Numbered from the stretch's first letter, positions 27,758-37,835 are shown. The stretch is DNA of 64,000 nucleotides from an uncultured beta proteobacterium (GCA_963702495.1 CAVPDA010000006.1:36832-100831); one strand, 5' to 3'. Numbers and translations are program-made. The notes: generated from the letters alone by a model not told the origin.

Positions 27758-28693
27758 ATGGCCACCATCTGCCATCAGCGCAAACCAGCCCGCATGAGCG
27801 AAGCATTCCCCGTCCGCTACGTCGATCCCGTGTTTCGCCCTCCGAGCGAAGCCCGGTCCTTGATCCTGCCCGTGACGGACGGCTGTTCATGGAACCGCTG
27901 TACGTTCTGCGAGATGTATACGGAACCGCAGAAGCGCTTCCGGGCGCGAGACGAGCATGAGGTGCTGGAGAGCATTCGCCGCTGCGCCGAACGCTTCGGC
28001 CCCGAAATCCGCCGCGTATTCCTGGCCGACGGAGATGCCCTGGTGCTGCCCACGCGGCGGCTGCTCGACATCCTGGTCGCCATCCGCACCCACATGCCGG
28101 CGGTACACCGTGTCTCGAGTTACTGCCTGCCCCGCAACCTGCGCAAGAAGTCGGTGACGGAACTGCGCGAGCTGGCCGATGCCGGCCTCGCCCTAGCTTA
28201 TGTCGGCGCGGAGTCGGGCGACGACGAAGTGCTGAGGTTGGTGAATAAGGGCGAAACCCACGACTCGACCCTGGACGCGCTGCAGAAGCTGCGTCAGGCG
28301 GGCATCGGCCGCTCGGTGATGATCCTGAACGGCCTCGGCGGGACAGCCCTCTCGGCCCGCCATGCAGACGGCTCCGCGCGGCTCGCGAATGCCGCGCAAC
28401 CCGAATACCTGTTGACGCTGGTCGTCACCTTTCCAAAGGGGGAGGAGCGCTTTCGCAATGCCTTTCCGGATTGGGAGCCGCTGGCGCCGGACGGGTTGTT
28501 CCGGGAGATGGAGCGCTTTCTCTCGCAGCTCGAACTCGCCCGGACGGTATTCAGGAGCGACCACGCTTCGAACTGGCTGGTGCTCAGGGGTACCCTCAAC
28601 GCGGACAAGGAACGTCTGCTGACGCAGGTGCGTGCCGCGATCGAGAGGCCACAAGCGGCTGCCTTGCGCCCGGCATGGGCGCGGGGGTTGTAG
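27758..28693 (+). CDS. Radical SAM protein with a CX4CX2C cluster motif
   Basis: VTDGCSWNRCTFCEMY (27884-27910), FLADGDAL, YVGAESGDDEVL. An alternative ATG lies at 27794. Confidence 0.85.
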   Translation: MATICHQRKPARMSEAFPVRYVDPVFRPPSEARSLILPVTDGCSWNRCTFCEMYTEPQKRFRARDEHEVLESIRRCAERFGPEIRRVFLADGDALVLPTRRLLDILVAIRTHMPAVHRVSSYCLPRNLRKKSVTELRELADAGLALAYVGAESGDDEVLRLVNKGETHDSTLDALQKLRQAGIGRSVMILNGLGGTALSARHADGSARLANAAQPEYLLTLVVTFPKGEERFRNAFPDWEPLAPDGLFREMERFLSQLELARTVFRSDHASNWLVLRGTLNADKERLLTQVRAAIERPQAAALRPAWARGL

Positions 28694-29133
28694 GCGCCAG
28701 GTTCCTTGCCCGAGGTAAGAGTCGCAGTGGCGCCCGTGCATGACCGGCTCAGGAGCGCATCCCCGGCCATGCCGCCCTTAGTAAGCCGCCCTCGCTGGCA
28801 CAATTGACTCGAGATGAATTGTGCCGCAGCGCCGCCTTGATCGACCGGGCCTTCATTCGTGGTGATCATAGCGTGCCGGCATCCGGATTGGCCGATGCCG
28901 AGGCGCTGCGCGAACTGCCTCCAAGGTCGGGCACAGGGCGTTGCCCCGACATTGACCGGCAACGCTCGCGCGCGCCACGATCGTCTCGTACTCGCCGCGA
29001 GGCGACCCATTGACGACGGCGGCACTTGACGGCGAAGCAATCGTTCGGGAACCCTATCCAGCAGCTACGGCCTTGGCCGGATTTCAGTGGTCGCTCATGC
29101 GTACGGCATCGATCCGCAGCTTGCCCGGCCGCA

Positions 29134-29793
29134 CTACCATTGTCCCGGCTCGACCGTGCTTCGAGGGTTGGCTGGATTCGCGCCCCACAGTCGGTCCAGG
29201 CGCGCGTCGCGGCCGCAACTCATGCGGTAGAAGTTGTAGCGGATCGGGTTCTTCCTGTAGTACTCCTGATGGTAGTCCTCGGCAGGATAGAACGGTCCGG
29301 CGGGCACGATCTCGGTGTGAATGTGCGCGAAGCGGCTGCCTTCGAGCGCCGCCTTGCTCGCCTGCGCCGCGGCGCGCTGCGCCTCCCCCAGGTAGAAGAT
29401 CGCGCTGCGGTACTGGTCGCCGACGTCGCAGAACTGACGCTCCGTCACCGTGGGGTCGATGTGACGCCAGAAGTAGTCCAGCAGGCGCTCGTAGCTGAGC
29501 TTTCCCGGATCGTAGAGCACGCGCACCGCCTCGGCGTGCCCGGTTCCGCCGCCGCTGACTTGCCCATAGTTCGGGTCCCGGACGTGACCACCGGTGTATC
29601 CGGCTTCGGTCTTCACCACGCCGGGAAGCCGGTCGAAGTCTGCCTGCAGGCACCAGAAGCAGCCGCCGGCAAAGATCGCCGTGGCCCCACCCGCCGGCGG
29701 GGCATCGGCGATAGCGGCGTCCCGCTGCGCCGTGTGGCAGCCGGCGATGGTGAACAACACGAGCAGAAAAGCCGATCGAAGCACGCGTTTCAT
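29134..29793 (-). CDS. msrA: Peptide-methionine (S)-S-oxide reductase MsrA, lipoprotein or exported form
   Basis: MKRVLRSAFLLVLFTIAGC (lipobox), then FAGGCFWCLQADF, GYTGG, HAEAV, QFCDVGDQYRSAIF, AEDYHQEYY. Confidence 0.95.
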   Translation of the reverse strand: MKRVLRSAFLLVLFTIAGCHTAQRDAAIADAPPAGGATAIFAGGCFWCLQADFDRLPGVVKTEAGYTGGHVRDPNYGQVSGGGTGHAEAVRVLYDPGKLSYERLLDYFWRHIDPTVTERQFCDVGDQYRSAIFYLGEAQRAAAQASKAALEGSRFAHIHTEIVPAGPFYPAEDYHQEYYRKNPIRYNFYRMSCGRDARLDRLWGANPANPRSTVEPGQW

Positions 29794-30290
29794 GACCGGA
29801 GGGGCGGCAAGCTGTCGGTGGCAGGAACGAAATGCAGCGCCAGGCCGTTGTTGCAATAGCGCAGTCCCGTCGGCGCCGGGCCATCCTTGAAGACGTGGCC
29901 CTGATGGCCTCCACATCGGGCGCAATGGTATTCGGTGCGGGGCCAGATGAGCCTGAAATCGGTCCGGGTGCCGAGCGCCCCGGGGCGCGCATCCCAGAAG
30001 CTCGGCCAGCCAGTGCCGCTGTCGAACTTTTGCGCCGAGTCGAACAGCGGCCACGCGCAAGCGGCGCAAACATAGGTTCCGCTGCGCTTTTCGTCGTTGA
30101 GCGCACTGGAGAAGGGACGCTCGGTGTTCTCCTCGAACAACACGCCGTAGCGGTCGGCAGGTAAGAGGGATTTCCATTCGAACTTGGATTTCGTCAGCGG
30201 TGTCACAGCAGAAAGCTCCTTGCCGGTAGCCGGCAGCACAGGGGTCAGGAACAAGGCGAAAAGGCGGCGGAAGAAATGGCGGCGGTTCAT
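29790..30290 (-). CDS. msrB: Peptide-methionine (R)-S-oxide reductase MsrB with a twin-arginine-like leader
   Basis: MNRRHFFRRLFALFL leader. YVCAACAWPLF and YHCARCGGHQGHVF (Zn CxxC pairs). GLRYCNNG (catalytic Cys). ATGA overlap with msrA. Confidence 0.95.
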   Translation of the reverse strand: MNRRHFFRRLFALFLTPVLPATGKELSAVTPLTKSKFEWKSLLPADRYGVLFEENTERPFSSALNDEKRSGTYVCAACAWPLFDSAQKFDSGTGWPSFWDARPGALGTRTDFRLIWPRTEYHCARCGGHQGHVFKDGPAPTGLRYCNNGLALHFVPATDSLPPLRS

Positions 30291-30609
30291 GGGATCAAGA
30301 GTGTATGGCGGATCGAAAGTGGCGAATTTTCCCCGGTTCGATCGTGGCGGGGTGATCGACTCGACTCGGAAATCTTCCCTGCCGCGTCCTCGCATCCGTA
30401 GAAGCGCCCCGCAACAGGAAGCCCGATATCAGCGCGCGCCGCATTCGAACCACGCCGCCAGTATCGATGCGAGAAGTCACGGCACCGTCACGAAAGGCTC
30501 AAGCTTTCGTTGACCGACAAGACTGCGGCCGCCGTCGGGGCAAGTCCTGCAGGCAGCGGGGCGCTATTCGGCCGTTATGCGGCCTGGTTCGAAGCGGGAG
30601 CCGGCGAAG

Positions 30610-31320
30610 TCAGTGCAGCTTCTCCGGCGATCCGCAGCACTGCTTGTATTTCCGGCCGCTGCCACAGGGGCAGGGATCGTTGCGGCCGACTTTCGGTGAC
30701 TCGCGCTGGTAGCTCTGCACCGGCGTGCGCTTCACCTGCCAGAACTGATGGAGGGCCGACACCAGTTCCGGCAGGTCCTCCCGGGCATGCGCGAGCGCGC
30801 GTTGCTCCTGCGCCGCCGACAGCCACCTTTCCCCCTGCGCCTGCGCGTCCTCCTTGAGTTTTCCGGTCAGCAGGAAGAACGGCTCGATCAACTCGGAGAG
30901 GTCCTCGGCATGCTCGCCGGCAGCCTCGTACCAGTCCTCGGCGCCGATCTGGCTGCCGTACAGATAGGCGTCGGCCCATGCCGCGAAGTCGAGTTCCTCG
31001 CTTCCCTCGGACACCGGGTAGAGAATCAGGCTGATCCCCTGCCCTTCGGACAGGGCGGTGGCGATGTCGTTGCAGAAGCGCAGGACGAGCGTGATCACCT
31101 CCTCGGCCTGGGCCTGGCTCTCATAGGCCGGATGCTCCCCGAACACCGCCGGCAGCCATTCATTGGGCATGGCCACCGCCGGGCCGCTGACGATGGCGCA
31201 GAGCATGGCCTGCAGTTCGTCGAGGAGCGGCCCCTCGCCCTGGAAGAGATCGGAGTCCAGCAGTTGTTCGAGCCGGTCGAGTTCGCTCTCGGTTAACGGT
31301 GTGTTCTGGGTGGCATTCAT
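30610..31320 (-). CDS. UPF0149 (YgfB/YecA-like) protein with a C-terminal SEC-C zinc motif
   Basis: [15 protein letters not shown]...[14 protein letters not shown] (UPF0149) and a C-terminal [19 protein letters not shown] (SEC-C). Confidence 0.85.
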   Translation of the reverse strand: MNATQNTPLTESELDRLEQLLDSDLFQGEGPLLDELQAMLCAIVSGPAVAMPNEWLPAVFGEHPAYESQAQAEEVITLVLRFCNDIATALSEGQGISLILYPVSEGSEELDFAAWADAYLYGSQIGAEDWYEAAGEHAEDLSELIEPFFLLTGKLKEDAQAQGERWLSAAQEQRALAHAREDLPELVSALHQFWQVKRTPVQSYQRESPKVGRNDPCPCGSGRKYKQCCGSPEKLH

Positions 31321-31465
31321 GGCTCGGGCACGCAATCGGGTACCGCAGTGTAGTGCATCCGTCTGCCTCGGGCATCACGTAAGGCACGTATTGCGGGACC
31401 CGCTGCCGTAGGGCACAGTATCCGTGGCGCACTGCATTTCCGAAGACAGGCGGAAAGGAGGGACT

Positions 31466-32845
31466 ATGGCTCGACATTTTGACGCGATCATCATCGGCAG
31501 CGGACAGGCCGGTCCGGCGCTGGCCGGGCGGCTGACGGGTGCGGGGATGTCCGTCGCCTTCATCGAGCGCGAGCACTTCGGCGGAACCTGCGTGAACGAT
31601 GGCTGCATTCCGACCAAGGCGCTGGTGGCGAGCGCTCAAGCGGCCTTCGTGGCGCGGCGCCATCAGGATTTCGGCGTGACCGTCGGCGGGCCGATCGGCG
31701 TCGATATGCGCGCGGTGAAGGCGCGCAAGGACGCCATCGTAAGGGCGTCGGCAAACGGTGTTGCCGCCTGGGTGAAGGGCATGCCCGGCTTGAGTGTCCT
31801 GTGGGGCCATGCCCGCTTCACGGGGCCGCACAGCGTTGCCGTGAACGGCGAAGAGCTGGAGGCGGATCGGATCTTCATCAATGTCGGCGGCCGACCCTTC
31901 GTGCCCGACTGGCCCGCCCTGAAGGATATGCCGTACCTCACCAACACCGGCATGATGGACGTGGATTTCCTGCCGGAGCATCTGGTAATCATAGGCGGCA
32001 GTTACATCGGGCTGGAGTTTGCGCAGATGTACCGCCGCTTCGGTGCGCGGGTGACGGTGGTGGAACAGGGGCGGCACCTGATTGCGCGCGAGGATGAAGA
32101 CGTGTCGGAGGCCGTGCTCGACATCCTCGCCCGCGAGGGGATCGAGGTTCGGCTCAACGCCAGGTGCATCGGCGTGGAACAGCGCGACGGCGGCATCGCC
32201 GTATTCGCCGACTGCGCGGAGGGCGCGCCGCTCATCCTCGGCAGCCATCTGCTGCTGGCCATCGGCCGCCGCCCCAACACGGACGACCTGGGGCTCGGCG
32301 CGGCCGGCATCGACGCCGACGAGCGTGGCTTCATCCGGGTCGATGACCAGTGCCGGACCAATGTGCCGGGGGTATGGGCCATGGGCGATGTGAACGGCCG
32401 TGGCGCCTTCACGCACACTTCCTGGAACGACTACGAGATCGTGGCCGCCAACCTGCTCGACAACGACCCCCGCCGCCTCACCGACCGCATCGCCGCCTAC
32501 GCGCTGTTCATCGATCCGCCGCTGGGTCGAGCCGGAAAGAGCGAGCGCGAAGTGCGCGCTTCCGGCCGCCCGGCGCTGATCGGCAAGATGCCCATGACCC
32601 GCGTCGGCCGCGCCAGGGAGCGCGGCGAGACGCTGGGCTTCATGAAGGTCATCGTCGATGCCGCGTCCCGGAAAATTCTCGGTGCGGCGCTGCTGGGCCT
32701 GAACGGCGACGAGATCATCCACTGCCTGCTCGATGCCATGTATGCGGATGCACCCTACACCGTCATCTCGCGTGCCATGCACATCCACCCGACGGTGGCG
32801 GAACTCCTCCCCACGCTGCTGCAGGACCTGAAGCCGCTGCAGTAG
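31466..32845 (+). CDS. FAD-dependent class-I pyridine-nucleotide-disulfide oxidoreductase (MerA/Lpd-like, no C-terminal Cys pair)
   Basis: SD aaggaggg then ATG at 31466. FDAIIIGSGQAGPALA (FAD), GGTCVNDGCIPTK (redox CxxxxC), IIGGSYIGLEFAQ (NAD), WAMGDVNG, HIHPTVAE (dimerisation His-Pro). Confidence 0.9.
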   Translation: MARHFDAIIIGSGQAGPALAGRLTGAGMSVAFIEREHFGGTCVNDGCIPTKALVASAQAAFVARRHQDFGVTVGGPIGVDMRAVKARKDAIVRASANGVAAWVKGMPGLSVLWGHARFTGPHSVAVNGEELEADRIFINVGGRPFVPDWPALKDMPYLTNTGMMDVDFLPEHLVIIGGSYIGLEFAQMYRRFGARVTVVEQGRHLIAREDEDVSEAVLDILAREGIEVRLNARCIGVEQRDGGIAVFADCAEGAPLILGSHLLLAIGRRPNTDDLGLGAAGIDADERGFIRVDDQCRTNVPGVWAMGDVNGRGAFTHTSWNDYEIVAANLLDNDPRRLTDRIAAYALFIDPPLGRAGKSEREVRASGRPALIGKMPMTRVGRARERGETLGFMKVIVDAASRKILGAALLGLNGDEIIHCLLDAMYADAPYTVISRAMHIHPTVAELLPTLLQDLKPLQ

Positions 32846-33219
32846 CCACCGATGCGGTGCGGGAAGACGCGGGCCACGATCGAACCGGAGCGCAAGGTCC
32901 TCGACCTGGGTCCTGAACTGCAGCGCTGGTTGCGCATGGCCGCCAACAGCGCCCACGTCTCGGGGAACGTGATCCGGTCGATCCAATCAGGGATTCCAGG
33001 GGAAGTGCGGCTCGCGGATGCGACCACCTTGATCAGGTATCCCGCGTGACGGGTTGTGGCCGGGTGCCGCCAAAGGTGCCGACGGCGATCCACAACGCAT
33101 TCGCCTGCGGCTCCTCTTCCTTGGCTGCGGTGCGCTCGCGGGAGGTTTGGTCGCTGCCGTGATGTGCGCCCGCCGCACGCATGACCCGAATGCGTGCCGG
33201 AAATTGGGGTGCTACTCTG

Positions 33220-33498
33220 CCCCCCCAGTCGCTTGGCGAACGAGACCGCGTATGCCGGAGAGCGGAACAGCAGCACCGGATCGTTCGTCGCCGCGATGCC
33301 CTCCTCCATGACCAAGGGGTCGAAATTGATCTTCTCGCACGCTGCCCCCTTCTGCGGCATTGCCGCGGTAATCGTAAGAGTCCCGACCTTCATCTGCCTG
33401 CGACTCTCGGGCCAGGCCAGCGTCGGGTTGTCTTCCGGGTCTCCCGCTATCGCACTGAGCAGTAAGGGGCTGCGATCGATGTCCCGGCGCTTAATTAA
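33220..33498 (-). pseudogene. 3' fragment of a catalase-family (catalase-related haem protein) gene, truncated by IS insertion
   Basis: Minus frame: DIDRSPLLLSAIAGDPEDNPTLAWPESRRQMKVGTLTITAAMPQKGAACEKINFDPLVMEEGIAATNDPVLLFRSPAYAVSFAKRLG. This follows the catalase core pattern T..WPE..(x)..vG.L.L......e...F.P....Gi..s.DP.L..R..aY..S...RLG, including the proximal Tyr. The frame is closed by a tag at 33499-33501 exactly where AT-rich IS DNA begins. No N-terminal part is found beyond the IS cluster. Confidence 0.65.
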
Positions 33499-33731
33499 CT
33501 AGTGCTTGACCGAAAACCGCTCAATCCCAGCAACTGCAAAGGGTTCAATCGTTCTTCCTGTGCCGAAGAAGTGATGGTGGACGCGGGAAACGATGACGAA
33601 AGTGCCGAAATACGGGCGGTTTAGGACAAGGCGGTGGAAATCTTCACGCCAGAAACGGCGCTGGAGCTGCCGGCAAAAAAAATCTTCATTCCATTCCAGA
33701 ATCCATGGCGTCTGTAGACCATAAGCATTAT

Positions 33732-34815
33732 CTGGGGTGTCCATTTAACCGGAGTTAAGCGTAAACTGGGGCGATGGAACGCCCCTGCGTCAGCACCCAC
33801 GATCAAGCCTGGGGAGCTCCAGTCAAAGTTCGGTGAGCTGACTGATTGGATTCGGAATGGCTGAGAGCCTGCGATTCGTGTGCCCGTCCTGTGGCCATCC
33901 AGGAGGATGGCGGCTTGGCGACGGCAGGTTCATGTGCGCTGGATGCGGTAGCCGCACATCAGTGATGGCAGGCACCATCTTTGACCGGACCCGTACCCCA
34001 CTCACGGTTTGGTTTTCGGCCTGTTGGCATTTTGCTAGCGGCAAAGACGGGATCTCGGCGCTGAGCTTGAAGCGGACCTTGGAGATTGGCTCCTACCAGA
34101 CGATGTGGGCGATCCTTCATCGCCTGCGGTCTGTGCTGATCGCCCCGATCGTGAGCGACTTGCGGGAAGGTGGAGGTGGACGAAACCTCCATTGGCGGTA
34201 AAGAGGCCGGACTTCCGGGGGGCTGCGCCAAAGGGAAGAAGATCCTGACGTGCATCGCGATCGAGATCCTGGAGCCGAAGGGCTTCGGGCGCTGTCGAAT
34301 GGCGCCTGTGGCGGATGCCCCGCAGCATCGCTGCACGCCTGAGGTGGCGAACGTCGAGCCGGGGACGACTGGCATCACCGACGCCTGGCAGGGTTACCGG
34401 GGATTGGAGAACAAAGCGTCATCCATGAGAGCCGCAGCCAGCGGGCGGCCTCCGCGCGAGGCGAGGACCCCGGAGAACTCCTGCCAGGCGTGCATCGATA
34501 GCTTCCCTTGAAAACGCTGGCTATTGGGTACTCCGGGCGCGGTGGATTCCGCACACTTGCCAAGTTACTTGAACGAGTTCGTGTTCCGTTTCAATCGCCG
34601 CCGGTCACGTAGCCGCGGGATGCTGTTCTACCGGATCCTCGAGTTTGCTGTCGCCCATGGGCCGGTGCGTTACCAAGACCTTGTTATGAACCGGAGCCCA
34701 AAGTCTGTTCCGCCCATGCCGCCGAACCAACGAGGACATCCGCCCAGCTTGGAGCGATCCTCGCCGGGTCGCCCGTGGAGGCAAATCGCCAACTCCGGTT
34801 AAATGGACACCCCAG
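33732..34815 (+). mobile_element. IS1595-family insertion sequence (1084 bp) with perfect 25-bp TIRs and an 8-bp TSD
   Basis: TIRs are ctggggtgtccatttaaccggagtt (33732-33756) and its exact reverse complement (34791-34815). Direct repeats agcattat sit at 33724-33731 and 34816-34823. Confidence 0.85.
33857..34802 (+). pseudogene. IS1595-family transposase (zinc-ribbon + DDE_Tnp_IS1595), at least 3 disruptions
   Basis: FVCPSCGHPGGWRLGDGRFMCAGCGSRTSVMAGTIFDRTRTPLTVWF. Frame change near 34168. Then VEVDETSIGGKEAG...ITDAWQGYRGLENK. Further frame changes and a stop fall between 34415 and 34511. Then AVDSAHLPSYLNEFVFRFNRRRS. Confidence 0.85.
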
Positions 34816-34824
34816 AGCATTATA

Positions 34825-36415
34825 ATGACTGTCACCGAAAGACAAGTTCAAGCGATCTTTCCGGCGACAGGCGATGCGAGTGGTCCAGAACACCGAGATG
34901 CACATGGCGAAGACGATGTTTCCCGGGTCGTCCTCGACCCCAAGTCACGCGATCCCATCCCGCAGATGCTGAGAGGGCTGCAGCACCTGTACCGAGATGC
35001 GAGCCTGCGTGCGAAGCTGTTCCAGCTGCTTGAGTCAGAGATAGCGCCGAAGATCGATAAACGAATCGGGCGCCCCGGAATGCGCTGTGGTCGATCTGGT
35101 TGCGGCGTCATCCGGCTTGACCTGAACGCCGACTACGACCGTTTGCATGAATTGGTCAATCAGCACATCACCATCCGGCAGATGCTCGGACACGGGCTGT
35201 TCGATCCGACCTCGTACCACTACCAGACGCTGAAAGACAACGTCACGTTATTCACACCGGAGCTGCTGGACAAGATCAACCAGATCGTCGTGGCTGCCGG
35301 TCACGAACTGGTAAAAAAAAGGAAGGCGAAGTCCTGCGTGGGCGTTGCGACTCCTTCGTGGTTGAGACCGACGTGCACTACCCGACCGATATCAGCCTGC
35401 TCTTTGACGCCACGCGCAAGCTCGTCGAACTGAGCGCGCGCCTGAGCGCCGATCAGGCTGAGCGACTGGCGCCAGCACGCCTACAACGTCAGGCACCTCA
35501 GCGGAACTTGCGTGCCGCGCAGAGCACCAAGCACCGCACGGCCCGCAGCGAAGCGCAGAAGGAGAAAAACGACGCGCGCGTGATCGAGGCGCACAAGGCT
35601 TACCTGGAGGTCGCCCAAGGCTATCTGGACAAGGCCCGGCAGACGCTGGCCAGGACTGCCGGAGGTGGTATCGAGTCCCTGGCGGCCAAGATCGAGATCG
35701 AGACGTTCATCAAACATGCCGAGCGCCAGATCGACCAGACGAGACGGCGGGTCATTCTGGGAGAAGTCATCCCCCATGCCGAGAAAGTCTTCTCGGTGTT
35801 CGAGACGCACACCGAGTGGATCAGCAAGGGCAAGGCCGGCGTGCCGGTCAACTGGGTTTGCGGGTGTGCGTCATGGAAGACCAGCATCGCTTCATGCTGC
35901 ATCATCGGGTCATGGAAAAGCAGACCGATGACCAGGTGACGGTGGCCATGGTCAAAGAGACAAAGGAGCGCTTTGCCGACCTGCAGGCCTGCAGCTTTGA
36001 CAAAGGATTCCACTCCCCGGCCAACCAGCAGGAACTGCAGGCCCATCTGAAGCTGGTGGCCTTGCCGAGAAAGGGCAAGCTGTCGCAACCGGCACAAGCG
36101 GTAGAGAGCACGGAGGACTTCGTCAAGGCGCGCGCTCAGCACTCGGCAGTCGAGTCGGCGGTCAACGCGCTCGAGTGCATGGGCTTGATCGCTGTCCGGC
36201 CCTTGCATTGGCGGATTCAAACGTCCGTCGCGCTGGCGAAGGTGGCGAGGAGCATCCATCGCATCGGTGCCAGACTGCGGGAACAGGAAAACCGGCGGGC
36301 CAGCGCAAGAGCCGGTACGCAACGTGACATGCCCCACAAACTGGCGGCATGCCGACGCCAAGCCCGGCGTTCGCGGTGGGCCGGAGTCGCCGGGCGCGCG
36401 TGCCTATCGGTATGA
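34825..36415 (+). pseudogene. ISNCY-like DDE transposase, spread over three reading frames
   Basis: GRPGM...DYDRLHELVNQHITIRQMLGHG...YQTLKDNVTLFTPELLDKINQIVV in frame 1. CDSFVVETDVHYPTDISLLFDA...VFSVFETHTEWISKGKAGVPV in frame 3. LRVCVMEDQHRFMLHHRVMEKQTDD...CSFDKGFHSPANQ...FVKARAQHSAVESAVNALE in frame 2. The family assignment is from memory of ISNCY/IS5-type motifs. Confidence 0.7.
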
Positions 36416-36654
36416 CGGCGGCATCTTTTGCTATATAGCACACTTATTCGCCCGTGGCGCCTGGCGCGAACCGTCGTAGACGTGACATGGACGGACGCGC
36501 CTGCGCATTCGGTGTCGCCCGATCGCTTGAAACGCCGTACCGCCGGCGCCGATAATCTTCCCCACTCGAGGCTCTCCCCTGCTCCCGTCGCCAACGAACA
36601 ATCACTCTGAGGGAACCGTGTCTTGAGTTGCCAGCACATGCCATTGCGGGACGC

Positions 36655-36770
36655 CCTGCCCCATCGGCTTCGGCGGTCCAGACGAAGTGAACGGGATTCT
36701 GGCGATGCATGGCGATGAATTCGTCGATGGCCCCGATCAGTCCCGGGACGATCTTGAGGAGCCACGCTCC
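36655..36770 (-). pseudogene. Possible C-terminal remnant of an IS630-family transposase
   Basis: Minus frame LIGAIDEFIAMHRQNPVHFVWTAEADG resembles the IS630 C-terminal signature (L..AI..FI..hN.nP.PF.WT..AD). Only about 35 residues survive, so this is tentative. Confidence 0.3.
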
Positions 36771-36889
36771 GGGCGATCGGTGGCCAGACTTCGAAGGGCC
36801 CTAAAGTCTCCCATGGCTTTGCCGGTATGTTTGTGGCTGGACGCCCGCCATCCCGGCTGCGCGAGACGCAAAAAGATCGAGGATGAAGA

Positions 36890-37354
36890 ATGAACACCCT
36901 GCGCGTTGGACGGATTCTTGTTCTGGCATTGGCTGCGGCAGGGTTGTGGATCAGCACGTCGCCCGACACCTACGCGGTGGAGGAAACGCCCCACAAGATT
37001 GATGGAGGAGCGTTGGTCGATGCGCCTAGGTCCAAAGCGCTCGCGGACAAGGGCGCCGTCGTCATCGACGCGCGCGTTCCGGCCGAATATGCGGAGATGC
37101 ATATCAAGGGAGCGAAAAGCGTGCTGTACAGGGAGGTCCACCCGAGGGAGTCGAAGCTGTCCCCGGACGACAAGTTCGACCTCGCCAAGCTGCCTGCAGA
37201 AAAGAACACGCCGCTGGTGTTCTACTGCAACGGCTCGCCGTGCTGGAAGGGCTACAAGGCTGCTGCCGCTGCCATCAAGGCCGGCTACACGCATGTCTAT
37301 TGGTTCCGTGACGGGTTGCCGGCCTGGATGGACAAGGGCTATCCAGTCGAGTGA
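36890..37354 (+). CDS. Exported single-domain rhodanese (sulfurtransferase)
   Basis: Signal peptide MNTLRVGRILVLALAAAGLWIS. VVIDARVPAEYAEMHIKGA. Active-site loop LVFYCNGSPCWKGYKAA. YWFRDGLPAW. Confidence 0.85.
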   Translation: MNTLRVGRILVLALAAAGLWISTSPDTYAVEETPHKIDGGALVDAPRSKALADKGAVVIDARVPAEYAEMHIKGAKSVLYREVHPRESKLSPDDKFDLAKLPAEKNTPLVFYCNGSPCWKGYKAAAAAIKAGYTHVYWFRDGLPAWMDKGYPVE

Positions 37355-37835
37355 ATCGTCCAACTTTCCCTCGTTTCCTGGGAGGGGCAAGAGGATGGCA
37401 AAGTCATGAGCTTCGGTATCCGCCTAAAGCGGTCGGCGGTGAGCGAGAAGAATGCGGCCTTGGTGCAAGAGGCTGTCGGCCCGGCGTACCGCTTCGCACA
37501 GCAGGCGGCTGGCCCAAGCATGTCGATGGCTGCATTTCGCCTTTGCGTCGTTCCGCAACTGCTATCTACATCCGCGGTCAGGCGCAGCAAGAGAAATCCA
37601 GCGGGGCGGATTGGGCACGCTCGACAAATGTCGCCGGCGAGCACTCGGTGCGCACATGACCGGTCTGAGAGGACGCCGCTTGCTCCGTATGCACGGCTCA
37701 CCCGCCCAGTCCGGCGGCTGTTGCAGCTAACCAGCCTTGCCGGTTATGCCCAGGCAGCGCGAGCACATCCCCGGTCGCATGCTCCCTCGATATTCGGGGG
37801 CATTGTGGCTGGAAAGGCATACCTAAGCCGGCCGC

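Larger units (their letters stand above)
33499..36450 (+). mobile_element. ISNCY-like (IS4/IS5-superfamily) insertion sequence, decayed. Boundaries are approximate.
   Basis: It holds the frameshifted DDE transposase at 34825-36415 and is itself interrupted by the IS1595 element. The left edge is set by the truncation point of the catalase-like gene. Only a weak terminal repeat (taactagtgct / taagtgtgct) could be seen by eye. Confidence 0.5.

Noticed and set aside
26424-27890. 488-aa minus-strand ORF
   Set aside because: It lies antisense to guaC. Shadow ORF.
28797-28825. Perfect 9-bp inverted repeat ggcacaatt-N11-aattgtgcc, 104 nt after the radical SAM gene
   Set aside because: There is no U-tract, no second copy and no adjacent promoter context. 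The evidence is insufficient to call a terminator or an operator.
31160-32986. 608-aa minus-strand ORF
   Set aside because: It lies antisense to the oxidoreductase, which has clear FAD, NAD and redox-Cys motifs on the plus strand.
33499-33744. 81-aa minus-strand ORF (MDTPDNAYGLQTPW...) in AT-rich DNA
   Set aside because: Its first codons come from the IS1595 inverted repeat and the rest from the left arm of the ISNCY-like element. It is a chimeric ORF created by the insertion, not a gene.
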